The notes under the pieces are model-generated. The model was not told where the DNA came from. It was given only the letters and a program-made list of their open reading frames with translations, and did not search any database. A program made the translations under genes and the position numbers. From positions 122,444 to 186,443 of the IMG/VR virus record IMGVR_UViG_3300028800_000002: a stretch of DNA of 64,000 nt; one strand, 5' to 3'. Source of the DNA: a virus. Below, piece after piece: positions 18,503 through 27,606 of the stretch. Numbering within the stretch: position 1 is the first letter of the stretch; the number at the start of each line of letters is the position of its first letter.

Positions 18503-18975
18503 TCACTATCGTGTGCCAATCCTGCAAGCATGCACTGTGCGTGGTGGGAGAGGTGCGCGATGTTGACGTCCTAGTTGGCAAGCAGAGTGACTACTGGCCA
18601 GACAAGTACTCCTGTTACAACTGCGGAGGTCAGGCTTCAGGATTCCTTACCCCGCAGGTGGATGAAGCCGTTATGAGGTCCCTTCAGGTCACGAACGTCA
18701 ACGCTGAGGAGGCCTTCGCTGCATTGAACGGCCTTGGTGTACCAGAGGAGCGGACTTGCTGCGCTGAGGTTGTGCTGCCCTACTTCGAAGCGTTAGGGAT
18801 TATTGTGAAGGGCAGGCAGCCGCACGGTCAGACTCGATACATAGTTGAAGAGTTGACATTCCCTGATGGGACACGGATGCAATTAGGGGCAAGCCCACAG
18901 GGGGCCCTCATCTACAGAGTCGTGAAGAAGCACTCGTACGCAGCTGCCGTGAAGGACACTAGCAATGCCGGTTGA
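18499..18975 (+). CDS. Hypothetical zinc-binding protein
   Basis: CQSC...CYNC; ATGA coupling. Confidence 0.6.
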   Translation: MITIVCQSCKHALCVVGEVRDVDVLVGKQSDYWPDKYSCYNCGGQASGFLTPQVDEAVMRSLQVTNVNAEEAFAALNGLGVPEERTCCAEVVLPYFEALGIIVKGRQPHGQTRYIVEELTFPDGTRMQLGASPQGALIYRVVKKHSYAAAVKDTSNAG

Positions 18976-19639
18976 TGTAGTTTTGTCGTATCGTCGAGCA
19001 GGCACCTTGTACCAAGGGAATCTCGATGGCCAACCATTCTCCGAGAAGGACTTTGCCGCGATGATGTCTCTTGTACATCTTCGACTGCTGGAGTTCCCTG
19101 AGTCGGGACTTACTTTTCAGCGTACAGATCGTGAAGGCTTGCTGCCTATCAAGATCACTGATGATTTAGTGCGGCTACTTCGAGAGGACCCAGCTCAGTA
19201 CATTCGCATGCACAGCGTTGCCCCTGTACGCATAGATTTGACCGGTAGAACAAGTGCCTTAGCTGCGCGGGCGCGTACTGTCCTCCCAAAGACCAGCGGC
19301 ATCCGCGCTGGCTACGACACTATCGCTGATGCCTTTGGCGAAGTGGTCTATGCCCGTTTCCGTAACTGTAATGTAGAGAGCCCGGAGTCGGGCCGTTGGG
19401 TTATCTTGGGAGAAGTTGAGAAGTGGCTAGGTCAATCAGTCAATGCTGAAACACCAGGATGGGTCTCATTCAAAGTTGCAGATCTCTTGGCCACTACAAG
19501 CTTGCGGTTTTACTTGCCTCGTGAATGGAATCCCTATCACGGTTGGATCACGAAAGAACAATTAGCCAAATTGCTGGAGCAATTTTTAGAAGAAAGGTCA
19601 GCACTATGTCAATCGGTGGAAAAAACGAAAGCGCTCTAA
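18965..19639 (+). CDS. Hypothetical protein
   Basis: 224-aa ORF. Confidence 0.6.
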   Translation: MPVDVVLSYRRAGTLYQGNLDGQPFSEKDFAAMMSLVHLRLLEFPESGLTFQRTDREGLLPIKITDDLVRLLREDPAQYIRMHSVAPVRIDLTGRTSALAARARTVLPKTSGIRAGYDTIADAFGEVVYARFRNCNVESPESGRWVILGEVEKWLGQSVNAETPGWVSFKVADLLATTSLRFYLPREWNPYHGWITKEQLAKLLEQFLEERSALCQSVEKTKAL

Positions 19640-19983
19640 ACATTAGACGAGCAGGAGTCCGCGTTGCGGTGGATGGTTCATCAGCATCAAAGGGCACACC
19701 CAACACGGTAACTGGCGTGTCTAGGGCAGCTGCGATCATCGTTTGGCATAACGATGCCAAGGGTGTGCCGGAAGCGGCATTATTCTTTGAAATCAACGGT
19801 GAGTATTACTCGACCCCCGACACTGTTGACTGGTGCCGAAGCTTGCGCCCAATGTCCGATTGGATGCGCAAGGGCATGGAGAGCAAAGTCAAGGAGGAGC
19901 TGAAGGCTGAAGAGATCCCAGCTACAGACTCAGTGGATGTCCTTGGCATCGGAGACGACAATGAAGCTGCGACTGCGTCTTGA
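19606..19983 (+). CDS. Hypothetical protein
   Basis: Start moved to MSIGGK (SD AAAGG). Confidence 0.55.
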   Translation: MSIGGKNESALNIRRAGVRVAVDGSSASKGTPNTVTGVSRAAAIIVWHNDAKGVPEAALFFEINGEYYSTPDTVDWCRSLRPMSDWMRKGMESKVKEELKAEEIPATDSVDVLGIGDDNEAATAS

Positions 19984-20281
19984 TTGGGTACTGGTCAAGG
20001 TAGACCCTCCGGAAACGCAATCCTCTGGAGGAATACTATTGGTTGGCGCACAACCTATTCGAATGGCCACGGTTATCGATGTGGGTCCAGGCAAGTACAA
20101 CCATAAGGGGGTGCGCATCCCCACCGAGCTGCAGCCAGGCGACCGCTTCCCATTCTTCAAGGCGGTTACTGAGACCAAGCAGGGGCATGCACTGACGCTC
20201 TTGCTTGAGGATGGAGAGGCCCTTGTGCGTGAGAGCGATGTCCTGTTCCTCGCAGAAGGGGAGGGGGTAGTGACTCTGTGA
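19961..20281 (+). CDS. groES: Co-chaperonin GroES-like protein
   Basis: LRLRLDWVLVK...TQSSGGILL...VIDVGPG...LQPGD...LVRESDVL pattern of the Cpn10 family. Confidence 0.85.
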   Translation: MKLRLRLDWVLVKVDPPETQSSGGILLVGAQPIRMATVIDVGPGKYNHKGVRIPTELQPGDRFPFFKAVTETKQGHALTLLLEDGEALVRESDVLFLAEGEGVVTL

Positions 20282-20829
20282 CCACCTTCACTTTCGAGGC
20301 TGAAAATACAAAGGAACTCCAGCCTGGAGATATCCTATTAGTACGTGGAACTGCCCAACTGTCTCGTGCAATTGAAGACTTCACCCAAAGCCCGTACAGT
20401 CACGCCGCGATTGTTATGCCCGCATGGGGCAAGTACGATATGGTTTTTCAGGCGTGGGCATTTGGGATTGAGATCGTGCCCCTCCATCAGGCCTTCAGTG
20501 AGTTCACTAGCCCAGTAGATGTCTACCGTCTTGTAGACCCTGCCAATCTGCAGGTAGATGATCTACTGGCCGCTGCCCTGGCACTGGTTGGTCGCAAGTA
20601 TGATTACTTCGGCGTCATTCGGTTAGCCTGGCTCATTCTGACTGGGCAGCGTAAGCGGGCTCCTTCCAGGCGCAGCAGTCGTTTGTTTTGCAGTGACTAT
20701 GTGCAGAGAGTCTATCGCGTGGGAGGCGTTGAACTCACATCATTCAATGATTCGGTGGTAGAGCCCGGGGACTTGGCGCGTTGCTCGAAGTTGGCTTTGG
20801 TCTCTAAGAACTGGCGGCCAGGAAGATAG
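20278..20829 (+). CDS. Permuted papain-like NlpC/P60 amidase (YaeF/YiiX-like)
   Basis: LQPGDILLVRG, SPYSHAAIV, VGRKYDY, LFCSDYV. Confidence 0.8.
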   Translation: MTTFTFEAENTKELQPGDILLVRGTAQLSRAIEDFTQSPYSHAAIVMPAWGKYDMVFQAWAFGIEIVPLHQAFSEFTSPVDVYRLVDPANLQVDDLLAAALALVGRKYDYFGVIRLAWLILTGQRKRAPSRRSSRLFCSDYVQRVYRVGGVELTSFNDSVVEPGDLARCSKLALVSKNWRPGR

Positions 20830-20898
20830 GCATGGTGGCATCATGAAACGATCCGTTGACTATCAGGAATGGAATGAAGAGCCAGTTGAGGTGACTCT

Positions 20899-21249
20899 AT
20901 GATTGTACTATCAAAATGTATGGAGGAATTAGCTGAGCATAAAAGTGAGACCCCAGAGAGCGCTGTGCGTATGTGCTTATATGCCGCTTCCTACATGTTT
21001 GACCAGTCCCTCCATATGAGCAAAGAGAGACAAACGTTTCGTTGTGTTGCTCTGACACTCATCGGTTCTTGCAAACTATTGATAGACGGTAATCCCGAGC
21101 TAGGGGTGCTGCTTATGGATGGTACACCTGCACTAAAGCAGCTAAATAATTTGAAGCAGCTGCTATTTGATACGCGCATAGCATACGAAGAAGCTGCTAT
21201 TACGCTAAATACGGTTGAGCCCTCTCCAGTCCCAAAGGAAACCGCATGA
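20899..21249 (+). CDS. Hypothetical protein
   Basis: 116 aa, SD GAGG. Confidence 0.55.
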   Translation: MIVLSKCMEELAEHKSETPESAVRMCLYAASYMFDQSLHMSKERQTFRCVALTLIGSCKLLIDGNPELGVLLMDGTPALKQLNNLKQLLFDTRIAYEEAAITLNTVEPSPVPKETA

Positions 21250-21509
21250 GATTCGTAGACCGCACAGGCCCCGGTAAGCTTGAGCTCAATTACATGTGGC
21301 TACCAACGTGGGTAGGCATGAATGAGGTACTGATCCGAGATTTGGAGAAGGAGCTCAGCGATACCATTGTCGGTAGAGATCTGACGGAAGAGCTGCTAGA
21401 TGAGGCGCATCAAAAGGTTCTTCAACTCTTGGTTGACAAGTTCCCGCAGGTCGTGGGGATGTTTGAATACCTCGAAGGCATCAAGTTTGTAGAAGGCAAT
21501 GGCAGCTAA
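21246..21509 (+). CDS. Hypothetical protein
   Basis: 87 aa, ATGA coupling. Confidence 0.6.
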   Translation: MRFVDRTGPGKLELNYMWLPTWVGMNEVLIRDLEKELSDTIVGRDLTEELLDEAHQKVLQLLVDKFPQVVGMFEYLEGIKFVEGNGS

Positions 21510-21690
21510 ACAATATGGACCCAAGAAGCTCGGGCGACTTCACATCCGTGTGGAGGCAACGCTAGCTATCAAGATGCATGACTATGCACGCAGGCACCAC
21601 ACCGACTTGACCGCGCTTGTTACCGAGCATTTTTTGAACCTATTGGCAGCCGAGGAAACCTTGAGGGTTCCAGAAGCGGAGCAGATTTAG
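21499..21690 (+). CDS. Small ribbon-helix-helix-like DNA-binding protein
   Basis: RLHIRVEATLAIKMHDYARRHHTDLTALVTEHF: strand-helix-helix pattern. Confidence 0.6.
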   Translation: MAAKQYGPKKLGRLHIRVEATLAIKMHDYARRHHTDLTALVTEHFLNLLAAEETLRVPEAEQI

Positions 21691-21692
21691 CT

Positions 21693-22232
21693 ATGACCAC
21701 TTACGCAGAGGAAGAGAAATCCTACGATATTCCCAAGGCTGCCGGGAATGCCGCCTATGTGGAACTGTTCAAAAAGCTAATAGGCATGTCACTGGTACAG
21801 ACCATTGTCGTTACTCCAGGGCACATGTCCTACAAGCGCTATCGCAAAGAGGATGAGCCAGAAACTCCAGTCGAGATGGAGTTCGATTCGTTGATGCCCT
21901 TGGCAGCCATCAGAACTCACCTGCTCGTAGAGTTGGACCCCATGTCCAAAATAGCGTCAACCGTCTTTGCTCAAATGCTTACGCAGGCCAGTCTTGACGG
22001 ACTGAACCCAGTGGCCTTTGCCAGTGGGAGTGAGCGTACCGTGCGCGCATGGCATAAGAGCACCACCAAGGTTGTACTTCCTGAAGATGAAATATACGGG
22101 ATTCCATTCTTGATCGATCAGGGCCTTCCAAAGGAGGCGCTGTTTCTTTGTGCGGCCTACGGACGGCACGGTGCCCTAGCGGACACAATCAAGACGTACA
22201 AAATTACCATCCCCGCGTGGAGAGCCCCATGA
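21693..22232 (+). CDS. Hypothetical protein
   Basis: 179-aa ORF. Confidence 0.6.
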   Translation: MTTYAEEEKSYDIPKAAGNAAYVELFKKLIGMSLVQTIVVTPGHMSYKRYRKEDEPETPVEMEFDSLMPLAAIRTHLLVELDPMSKIASTVFAQMLTQASLDGLNPVAFASGSERTVRAWHKSTTKVVLPEDEIYGIPFLIDQGLPKEALFLCAAYGRHGALADTIKTYKITIPAWRAP

Positions 22233-22717
22233 GCGATTTAGCGAAAGCAGTAGCATTATCTGGCGCTATAAACTCCGATATGCTGCGGGAGCTGGCCCAC
22301 TGGAGATTGCCGATAGACTTACCAGAAGGGGACCCGTTCGAGAGCCCCGAAGAAGCCATAGCTGCCATTGAAGACGCCATGACTGGCTCTGAGCAGGTAG
22401 AGATCCGCACTACAGACCTCGATGTGCTTCGGCAGTACTTGCGGACGAAGCGCAAGGGCAAGCTGCATCTCTCCGCCAGCCGTGGCAGCGGCACCATCGA
22501 CATAGAGTTTGGTGTGTCTGTCTTAGGCGAGTACATCATCCCATGGAATGCAGACAGCATTGTCGACATCATGACTAATGGGGAGAGCCACATCTTGGAT
22601 GTGCGTAGGAAGGTGTACGTAACCGACGTCACCGAATTGTATTTTGGGAAAAGCAAAGCATTCATGCTGTGCACTCCACGTAAGGATCGCAATGTCAAAC
22701 CAAGTCACGCGAGTTGA
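22229..22717 (+). CDS. Hypothetical protein
   Basis: Start moved to MSDLAK (ATGA coupling, SD GGAG). Confidence 0.6.
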   Translation: MSDLAKAVALSGAINSDMLRELAHWRLPIDLPEGDPFESPEEAIAAIEDAMTGSEQVEIRTTDLDVLRQYLRTKRKGKLHLSASRGSGTIDIEFGVSVLGEYIIPWNADSIVDIMTNGESHILDVRRKVYVTDVTELYFGKSKAFMLCTPRKDRNVKPSHAS

Positions 22718-23165
22718 CATCTACACGGCGCTAGCCAAAAAGTGCGGGTTCCAGGTCGTTCAAGATCATGAAACCGGTAAGCAACTGCGCATCATTGGGC
22801 GTTGTGCCCCTAGCCGCTGGCCCTTCATGCTGCCAGTTATCCATGCCTTACTAATGGGAGCAGAGGACGTCGCTGCACGCTGGACCTGTGACATTTCGAA
22901 GCAGTACGTCATCCGCAACAGGAAAGTTCTCTACGGCTGGAGGATCATTTTCCAGGGCGATGTATTGTCAGATCAGTACATTCAGATAGCAGCGGTCATC
23001 AACAGTGCTCAGCGGCCATCAAGGGTTGAGGTGGACTCCGCACCGTTAGCTGGGTATGCTCCAGGCCAAATGCGCGGCGGCGTGAATGCAAAAGGTAAGG
23101 GAAGTTCTTCAGCTGGTTCTATACCGTTGGCTATGCAGCGCGGGGGAGGAGGCGTAGTTCGATGA
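22692..23165 (+). CDS. Hypothetical protein
   Basis: Start moved to MSNQVTR (SD TAAGGA). Confidence 0.6.
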   Translation: MSNQVTRVDIYTALAKKCGFQVVQDHETGKQLRIIGRCAPSRWPFMLPVIHALLMGAEDVAARWTCDISKQYVIRNRKVLYGWRIIFQGDVLSDQYIQIAAVINSAQRPSRVEVDSAPLAGYAPGQMRGGVNAKGKGSSSAGSIPLAMQRGGGGVVR

Positions 23166-23842
23166 TTGAGCTTACGCAGAATTCCCACGTAGGGGCCCTA
23201 CGCTACGACGAGGTGCGGGGCGCCCCGCTTATCTTGAACGCAGAGGAAGCTGTTCAATTCGACAAGCAGGCCAGTGCTTTGCGTAAATTGCTGAACGACA
23301 AGACCATCGTTGCCAAGTACAAGGTGGAGATACTGTTCGGCACAAAACGATCTGTCCACAACCCCATCCCTGGCGTCATGAGCTTCTGGCTCAGCGGCTC
23401 GAGATTCCATGGGGGTGGTGACGACAAGCTGTACTTGTGCCCGGGTGTTTCCCCGGACAAGAAGCGTTGCTCCTGTATCTTGCGCGACAGTTACAACGGC
23501 CCGACAGGAATTGTATGCCCAACCTGTGGCAGCATTTGGACGCACGAGCAGGTGATAGGGGAGCTGTTGTTCAATGTGACGCTGCAGAACTGGGCCTATG
23601 TAGTTTTGAAGTACTTCAGGCATTTTGAGTGCAACAGTGACATTTATCTGAAGTACGCCCCTGACGACCTTCGAAGTATTGCCCTGGCGCAGTCTGCCAA
23701 GCAAACGTGGCAAGGCAGCCAGGGTCTGGAGAGGGCTAGGGCAAAAAGAGCTCGCTCAATCTATCCGCTGAAGAATATACTCAAGGAGACGTCTGCCGGC
23801 GCCGACCTACTCAAACGCTTTTACGCATACCTATCAGCATGA
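23162..23842 (+). CDS. Hypothetical zinc-binding protein
   Basis: LCP...CSC...CPTC; ATGA coupling. Confidence 0.65.
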   Translation: MIELTQNSHVGALRYDEVRGAPLILNAEEAVQFDKQASALRKLLNDKTIVAKYKVEILFGTKRSVHNPIPGVMSFWLSGSRFHGGGDDKLYLCPGVSPDKKRCSCILRDSYNGPTGIVCPTCGSIWTHEQVIGELLFNVTLQNWAYVVLKYFRHFECNSDIYLKYAPDDLRSIALAQSAKQTWQGSQGLERARAKRARSIYPLKNILKETSAGADLLKRFYAYLSA

Positions 23843-24279
23843 CTACCCCGCAATATTTGAAGTTGGCCCAGCAACGCGCGGCGTTTATGGCGTTGTCACG
23901 GCTTGTACAGGAACGGTACTTACCCATCGAGGGAGCTGATGAACCCGAGATGAGAGTTGAGGCCGAGGATCTTCCTCGCAACGAAAGCGAGGTTTCGCAA
24001 GAAGTCTGGGTGGAAATGGCAGCCAAGTTGAATAACCTGGCGGCCAAGAGACTAGACAGGATGTCCGGGTTCAGATTCGTGGAGGCTAGTGATTTAGATG
24101 AACAAGAATGGGAAACGGCTGTTGCGCGCAAAGGTAGTCCAGCGAAAACTGCAGAGAATGCAAAGCAAGGAGCGGGCGAAAGTAGCGCGCCACGTAGTGA
24201 AGCTCCAGCAAATAAACGCCCCGGATCAAAGTCCTCTGTCAATCCAAGAGCTCGGGGATCAGCTCGAGGCAAACCGTAA
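23839..24279 (+). CDS. Hypothetical protein
   Basis: 146 aa, disordered C-terminus. Confidence 0.55.
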   Translation: MTTPQYLKLAQQRAAFMALSRLVQERYLPIEGADEPEMRVEAEDLPRNESEVSQEVWVEMAAKLNNLAAKRLDRMSGFRFVEASDLDEQEWETAVARKGSPAKTAENAKQGAGESSAPRSEAPANKRPGSKSSVNPRARGSARGKP

Positions 24280-24649
24280 AGGCCTCAACGAGTTAGTCAA
24301 GGCCCATAACACTAATTTCGCCACGTACAGCGATGCCTTCCAGCACTTGGATGCGCGTTTGGGTGCCATCATGCTGGTGGCCAACGATATGACTCAGCTG
24401 TTGAAGTCACACGGCTTGCTGAATGAAGACGTCTTGACCACGACGACAAGTGTATCGTCTGGCTTGGTGCAACCGTTCTGGGAGGCTTACATTCAGCAGT
24501 ACTTGAAGTCAGTGAAGCAGGCGGCCGACGCGGCGAAGGTAGCGTTAGCTGCAGTGCCGAGCATCATTACGGATTCTGAAGAATCAAACTATGCCGACAT
24601 GGAGTTCGGCGGAGAGGACACACCAAATGTCGAAGTTAGTACCGGGTGA
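24098..24649 (+). CDS. Hypothetical coiled-coil protein (start uncertain)
   Basis: Helical, overlaps upstream ORF. Confidence 0.55.
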   Translation: MNKNGKRLLRAKVVQRKLQRMQSKERAKVARHVVKLQQINAPDQSPLSIQELGDQLEANRKGLNELVKAHNTNFATYSDAFQHLDARLGAIMLVANDMTQLLKSHGLLNEDVLTTTTSVSSGLVQPFWEAYIQQYLKSVKQAADAAKVALAAVPSIITDSEESNYADMEFGGEDTPNVEVSTG

Positions 24650-24839
24650 GCGGCGTGCCCGTCAGATTGCTGGTACCAATGTGCGCGTTGTGCACGAGGC
24701 AGGGGCGGGAGGCATGCGTAAGATGCGTTGCCCTGGTACTCATCAGTTAGCGGTACCGTCGCGGGCTCCTGACGGATCGTCTGTACTCAGAACACCGGGA
24801 GGCACTACGTACGTCACCAAGAAATTGGGTCGTACCTAA
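24627..24839 (+). CDS. Small hypothetical protein
   Basis: Start moved to MSKLVP (SD GAGGA). Confidence 0.5.
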   Translation: MSKLVPGERRARQIAGTNVRVVHEAGAGGMRKMRCPGTHQLAVPSRAPDGSSVLRTPGGTTYVTKKLGRT

Positions 24840-25212
24840 GAACCCACCCAAGCCCATCTCGCAGGCGCCCGATGACTTTGAATCCATTGCATAGGTAGAG
24901 TTTGAGGGCACCGAGGTTCCCTTGCCGCACGGTGAGCACAATTGGTCTACCTAGGTTTTGGACTTCACGTAACAGCTCAGATCCGATGCCGCGCCTTTGC
25001 TGGTCTGGATGGACACCGAGCCTAAGGATGTCGTAAATCTCCCCGTACCGCACTAGGACGTAGGCAATGAGCGCGTGCTGTCTCCATTTACCCCAGCAGA
25101 AACCTAATTCGATCTCGCGTGCAAGCGTGGTTTCGTTGAAGCAGTTCTCAGGAAACAGCAGCATGTCGAGTGCAGCTAATTCATCTGTATCGTCTGAGGT
25201 GACTTGTTCCAC
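24814..25212 (-). CDS. GNAT acetyltransferase, RimI-like
   Basis: LGVHPDQQRRGIGSELL acetyl-CoA motif; LTVRQGNLGALKLY..NGF; GTG start 7 nt after TGcTATAAC. Confidence 0.82.
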   Translation of the reverse strand: MEQVTSDDTDELAALDMLLFPENCFNETTLAREIELGFCWGKWRQHALIAYVLVRYGEIYDILRLGVHPDQQRRGIGSELLREVQNLGRPIVLTVRQGNLGALKLYLCNGFKVIGRLRDGLGWVLRYDPISW

Positions 25213-25233
25213 GCCCCGTGTTATAGCAGGTAC

Positions 25234-25482
25234 ATGGCGAATGTAGCTGTCATAATCACGGAAGAAGATGTGAAAGTACAAGGTTCTAGTACCTTGACGG
25301 GTGCAGATCTTGAGGCGGCAGTGGACGCCGACATTGCCAAGTTTGACTCCGCTTTTCAAACCGAGTTGAAGAATGACCCACTCGTACGGTCTGAAATTGC
25401 GATTCTCAAAACCTACCTATTCTGGAAAGCCAATTCGGAGAAGTTCAATGCCCCCCAAGAGAGTCCTGCAATATCAGTGTGA
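25234..25482 (+). CDS. Hypothetical protein
   Basis: Start moved to MANVAV, 6 nt after TGtTATAGC. Confidence 0.6.
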   Translation: MANVAVIITEEDVKVQGSSTLTGADLEAAVDADIAKFDSAFQTELKNDPLVRSEIAILKTYLFWKANSEKFNAPQESPAISV

Positions 25483-25918
25483 ACGTTGCCCGGCGACTTG
25501 GTACCTTTCTGAGGCCGAGGCTGCCAAGGAAAAGCCCTACTCGATTGAAGTGAAAGCAGACTTTGGGGATGGTAGCGCGCCGATCCAAATGACGTACACG
25601 TGCCTGTGCGCAAGCTGCAAGCAGACCGTGGCCACGCTATTGCGACAAGCATCGCGCACCTTGCAGAAGATGAGTGCGGTACGAGTAGCTAAGAAAAAGA
25701 GCGACGATGCGGGCAAACCGGCGGACAAGGGTTCTCCCTCATCCGCCGATACCGTCCCAACTAAGTCGTCAGCGACTGCTGACTCATTACCGCCGAAGTC
25801 ACTGGTCGCCGTGCACCCGGCTCCTCCCGTTGTGACGCTGCCGGCTCCCGCGCATTCCGGGGCGGCAGCATCCTCTGGCAAGGTGTCTCAAGCAGCTGGC
25901 AACCATCCCAGGCAATAA
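25448..25918 (+). CDS. Hypothetical zinc-ribbon protein
   Basis: CERC...CASC; low-complexity tail. Confidence 0.6.
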   Translation: MPPKRVLQYQCERCPATWYLSEAEAAKEKPYSIEVKADFGDGSAPIQMTYTCLCASCKQTVATLLRQASRTLQKMSAVRVAKKKSDDAGKPADKGSPSSADTVPTKSSATADSLPPKSLVAVHPAPPVVTLPAPAHSGAAASSGKVSQAAGNHPRQ

Positions 25919-26396
25919 CGAACCTCTTGGCCGTCTTAGCGCGCTCTTCGCCTAATGCTCCGGCTGGCCAACATATAAATAGTGCATCCCCGGGTTCGAA
26001 CAGGAAGAGGGTTCTAGAGCAGCCGTCTCCTAGGAACTCGGCGATGCGCTCAGGGGGTCTCTTTCCTCGAGCCTTAGCGACCATGGTGGTGCCTAACTCC
26101 TGATCGAGGCACCTGTCCACAAATACCAGTGCTTTCTTTTCCGCCCTGGCATCAGTGGCTGGCTGCCTTACTAAACAACGACCAGACGGGGGTGACTTCA
26201 ACGCAGCTCGATACAGCGTGAAGGTCCCCTTCTGGTCGTCTTGATGTGCCATCAATCTGGAAATGGACTTCCCAACGGGCAACAAGCGGGTCATTCCGTT
26301 TTCAGCAATTTCACCTAGCGGGACTCCAACGCGGCCTGGCTGCGAAACGAGTCTTACGCCGGTGCGCACTTCATCAGTGACTTCGAATAACCACAT
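25761..26396 (-). CDS. Hypothetical protein
   Basis: Start MWLFEV with SD GGAGGAG; convergent overlap with previous gene. Confidence 0.6.
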   Translation of the reverse strand: MWLFEVTDEVRTGVRLVSQPGRVGVPLGEIAENGMTRLLPVGKSISRLMAHQDDQKGTFTLYRAALKSPPSGRCLVRQPATDARAEKKALVFVDRCLDQELGTTMVAKARGKRPPERIAEFLGDGCSRTLFLFEPGDALFICWPAGALGEERAKTAKRFVIAWDGCQLLETPCQRMLPPRNAREPAASQREEPGARRPVTSAVMSQQSLTT

Positions 26397-26470
26397 GTCT
26401 CCTCCATTGTGCAAAGGACCCCACGTCCTTCCACAAGTCTCTTATGCCTGGAGATTAGCGGCTTTTACAG

Positions 26471-26830
26471 TCACCCGGCTAAGCGCGTAGTAGCCCTGAG
26501 CGTATTGATTGCATTGGCTAGCGCTTTGATGGCGTACTTGCGCACGTCAGCGACACCCTCAAATTCTGGGATGTCTCGAATGGTGAGAAGTGCGAGTCGG
26601 GCTGATTCAAAGGACGTAACATCCAATCCTCGAAGGGATTGAAACACGTCACCATGTCCTGCCCGCGCGTACTCGTCACGGCACAAGTCCAGCATTACCT
26701 GGGCATTCTCGAGCGCGAAAGGGCTCTCAAAAATGGTTTGCTTGTTCATGGGGGTACCTACGGGTTGGGGTTTGTTTGTAGTGTCTATAATCATTTTGAA
26801 TGAATCTGCAACTACTTCAAGTGAATTCAA
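26471..26830 (-). CDS. Hypothetical protein (start uncertain)
   Basis: 119-aa ORF, helical. Confidence 0.55.
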   Translation of the reverse strand: MNSLEVVADSFKMIIDTTNKPQPVGTPMNKQTIFESPFALENAQVMLDLCRDEYARAGHGDVFQSLRGLDVTSFESARLALLTIRDIPEFEGVADVRKYAIKALANAINTLRATTRLAG

Positions 26831-26956
26831 CGTGGCGTAGTACCGGGTGCCTCATGTACGCCATGGATTTTGTAGTTTCCCGTTGGCAATTTGCGAAACG
26901 CAATACGGGGCTAAGAAAAGACACGCGGTTTGGAAACCGGCATCTTTTCGGGTACT

Positions 26957-27247
26957 TCAGCGCGCTATCCAACGCTTGTTCGCCCACAGCACACCGAGGG
27001 CAGCAGTAACGAAAATGGGTACTACCACTGCCGCACGCTTCAATTCATGTAGGACGATTCCCTTGAAGGACTCATCCTGGGATAGTCGATGCAGGACTTT
27101 GCGAGCCTCCGTCCGCTCATTGCTCCTTGCATTCTCGCCTGTTGTATTGCTCTCGTTCACTACGACCTCCAATCGTGGCTGGAATCCCAGCCCTGCTTCT
27201 TGTTGAATTGCTCTTCTGTCCGCCACGGACATTTCATGAATGTTCAT
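26957..27247 (-). CDS. Hypothetical protein with C-terminal transmembrane helix
   Basis: Start moved to MNIHEM (ATGA overlap with upstream small ORF); AAVVVPIFVTAALGVLWA. Confidence 0.6.
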   Translation of the reverse strand: MNIHEMSVADRRAIQQEAGLGFQPRLEVVVNESNTTGENARSNERTEARKVLHRLSQDESFKGIVLHELKRAAVVVPIFVTAALGVLWANKRWIAR

Positions 27248-27363
27248 TGAGATCTTTGCCCCGCTGCGTAAGCAGCCCTGATGTCTCGAACGCACTTGTT
27301 GTGGATTCGAAGTGGGACTTCCAGCAGCATCTTGAAGCCAATAAAGGCCATTCCGAACAACAT
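27244..27363 (-). CDS. 39-aa small protein absent from ORF track
   Basis: MLFGMAFIGFKMLLEVPLRIHNKCVRDIRAAYAAGQRSQ*; SD GAGGAG 7 nt upstream; stop overlaps next start. Confidence 0.55.
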   Translation of the reverse strand: MLFGMAFIGFKMLLEVPLRIHNKCVRDIRAAYAAGQRSQ

Positions 27364-27396
27364 TGCTGTGCTCCTCTACTGTTCTTATCCCCGAGA

Positions 27397-27606
27397 TTAC
27401 TCGGCAATTACACGTCCAGCATCGGTCAAGAGGAGTGTCGCCATTGCAAGTTGATGCACTGTGGCTTGTGCCTCATTGAGCCGCTTTTGCTGCGCACACA
27501 ACTCGCACAACACGCACCTACTCTGCTTTTTGGATCCTTGACAATCAGCGTGCTTTTCCGAGTACAATTTGCCGAAGCACGCCGGGACACTCTCTTTTTG
27601 GCACAT
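27397..27606 (-). CDS. Small Cys-rich protein
   Basis: PACFG...DC...CVLCELC; SD GAGGA. Confidence 0.55.
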   Translation of the reverse strand: MCQKESVPACFGKLYSEKHADCQGSKKQSRCVLCELCAQQKRLNEAQATVHQLAMATLLLTDAGRVIAE

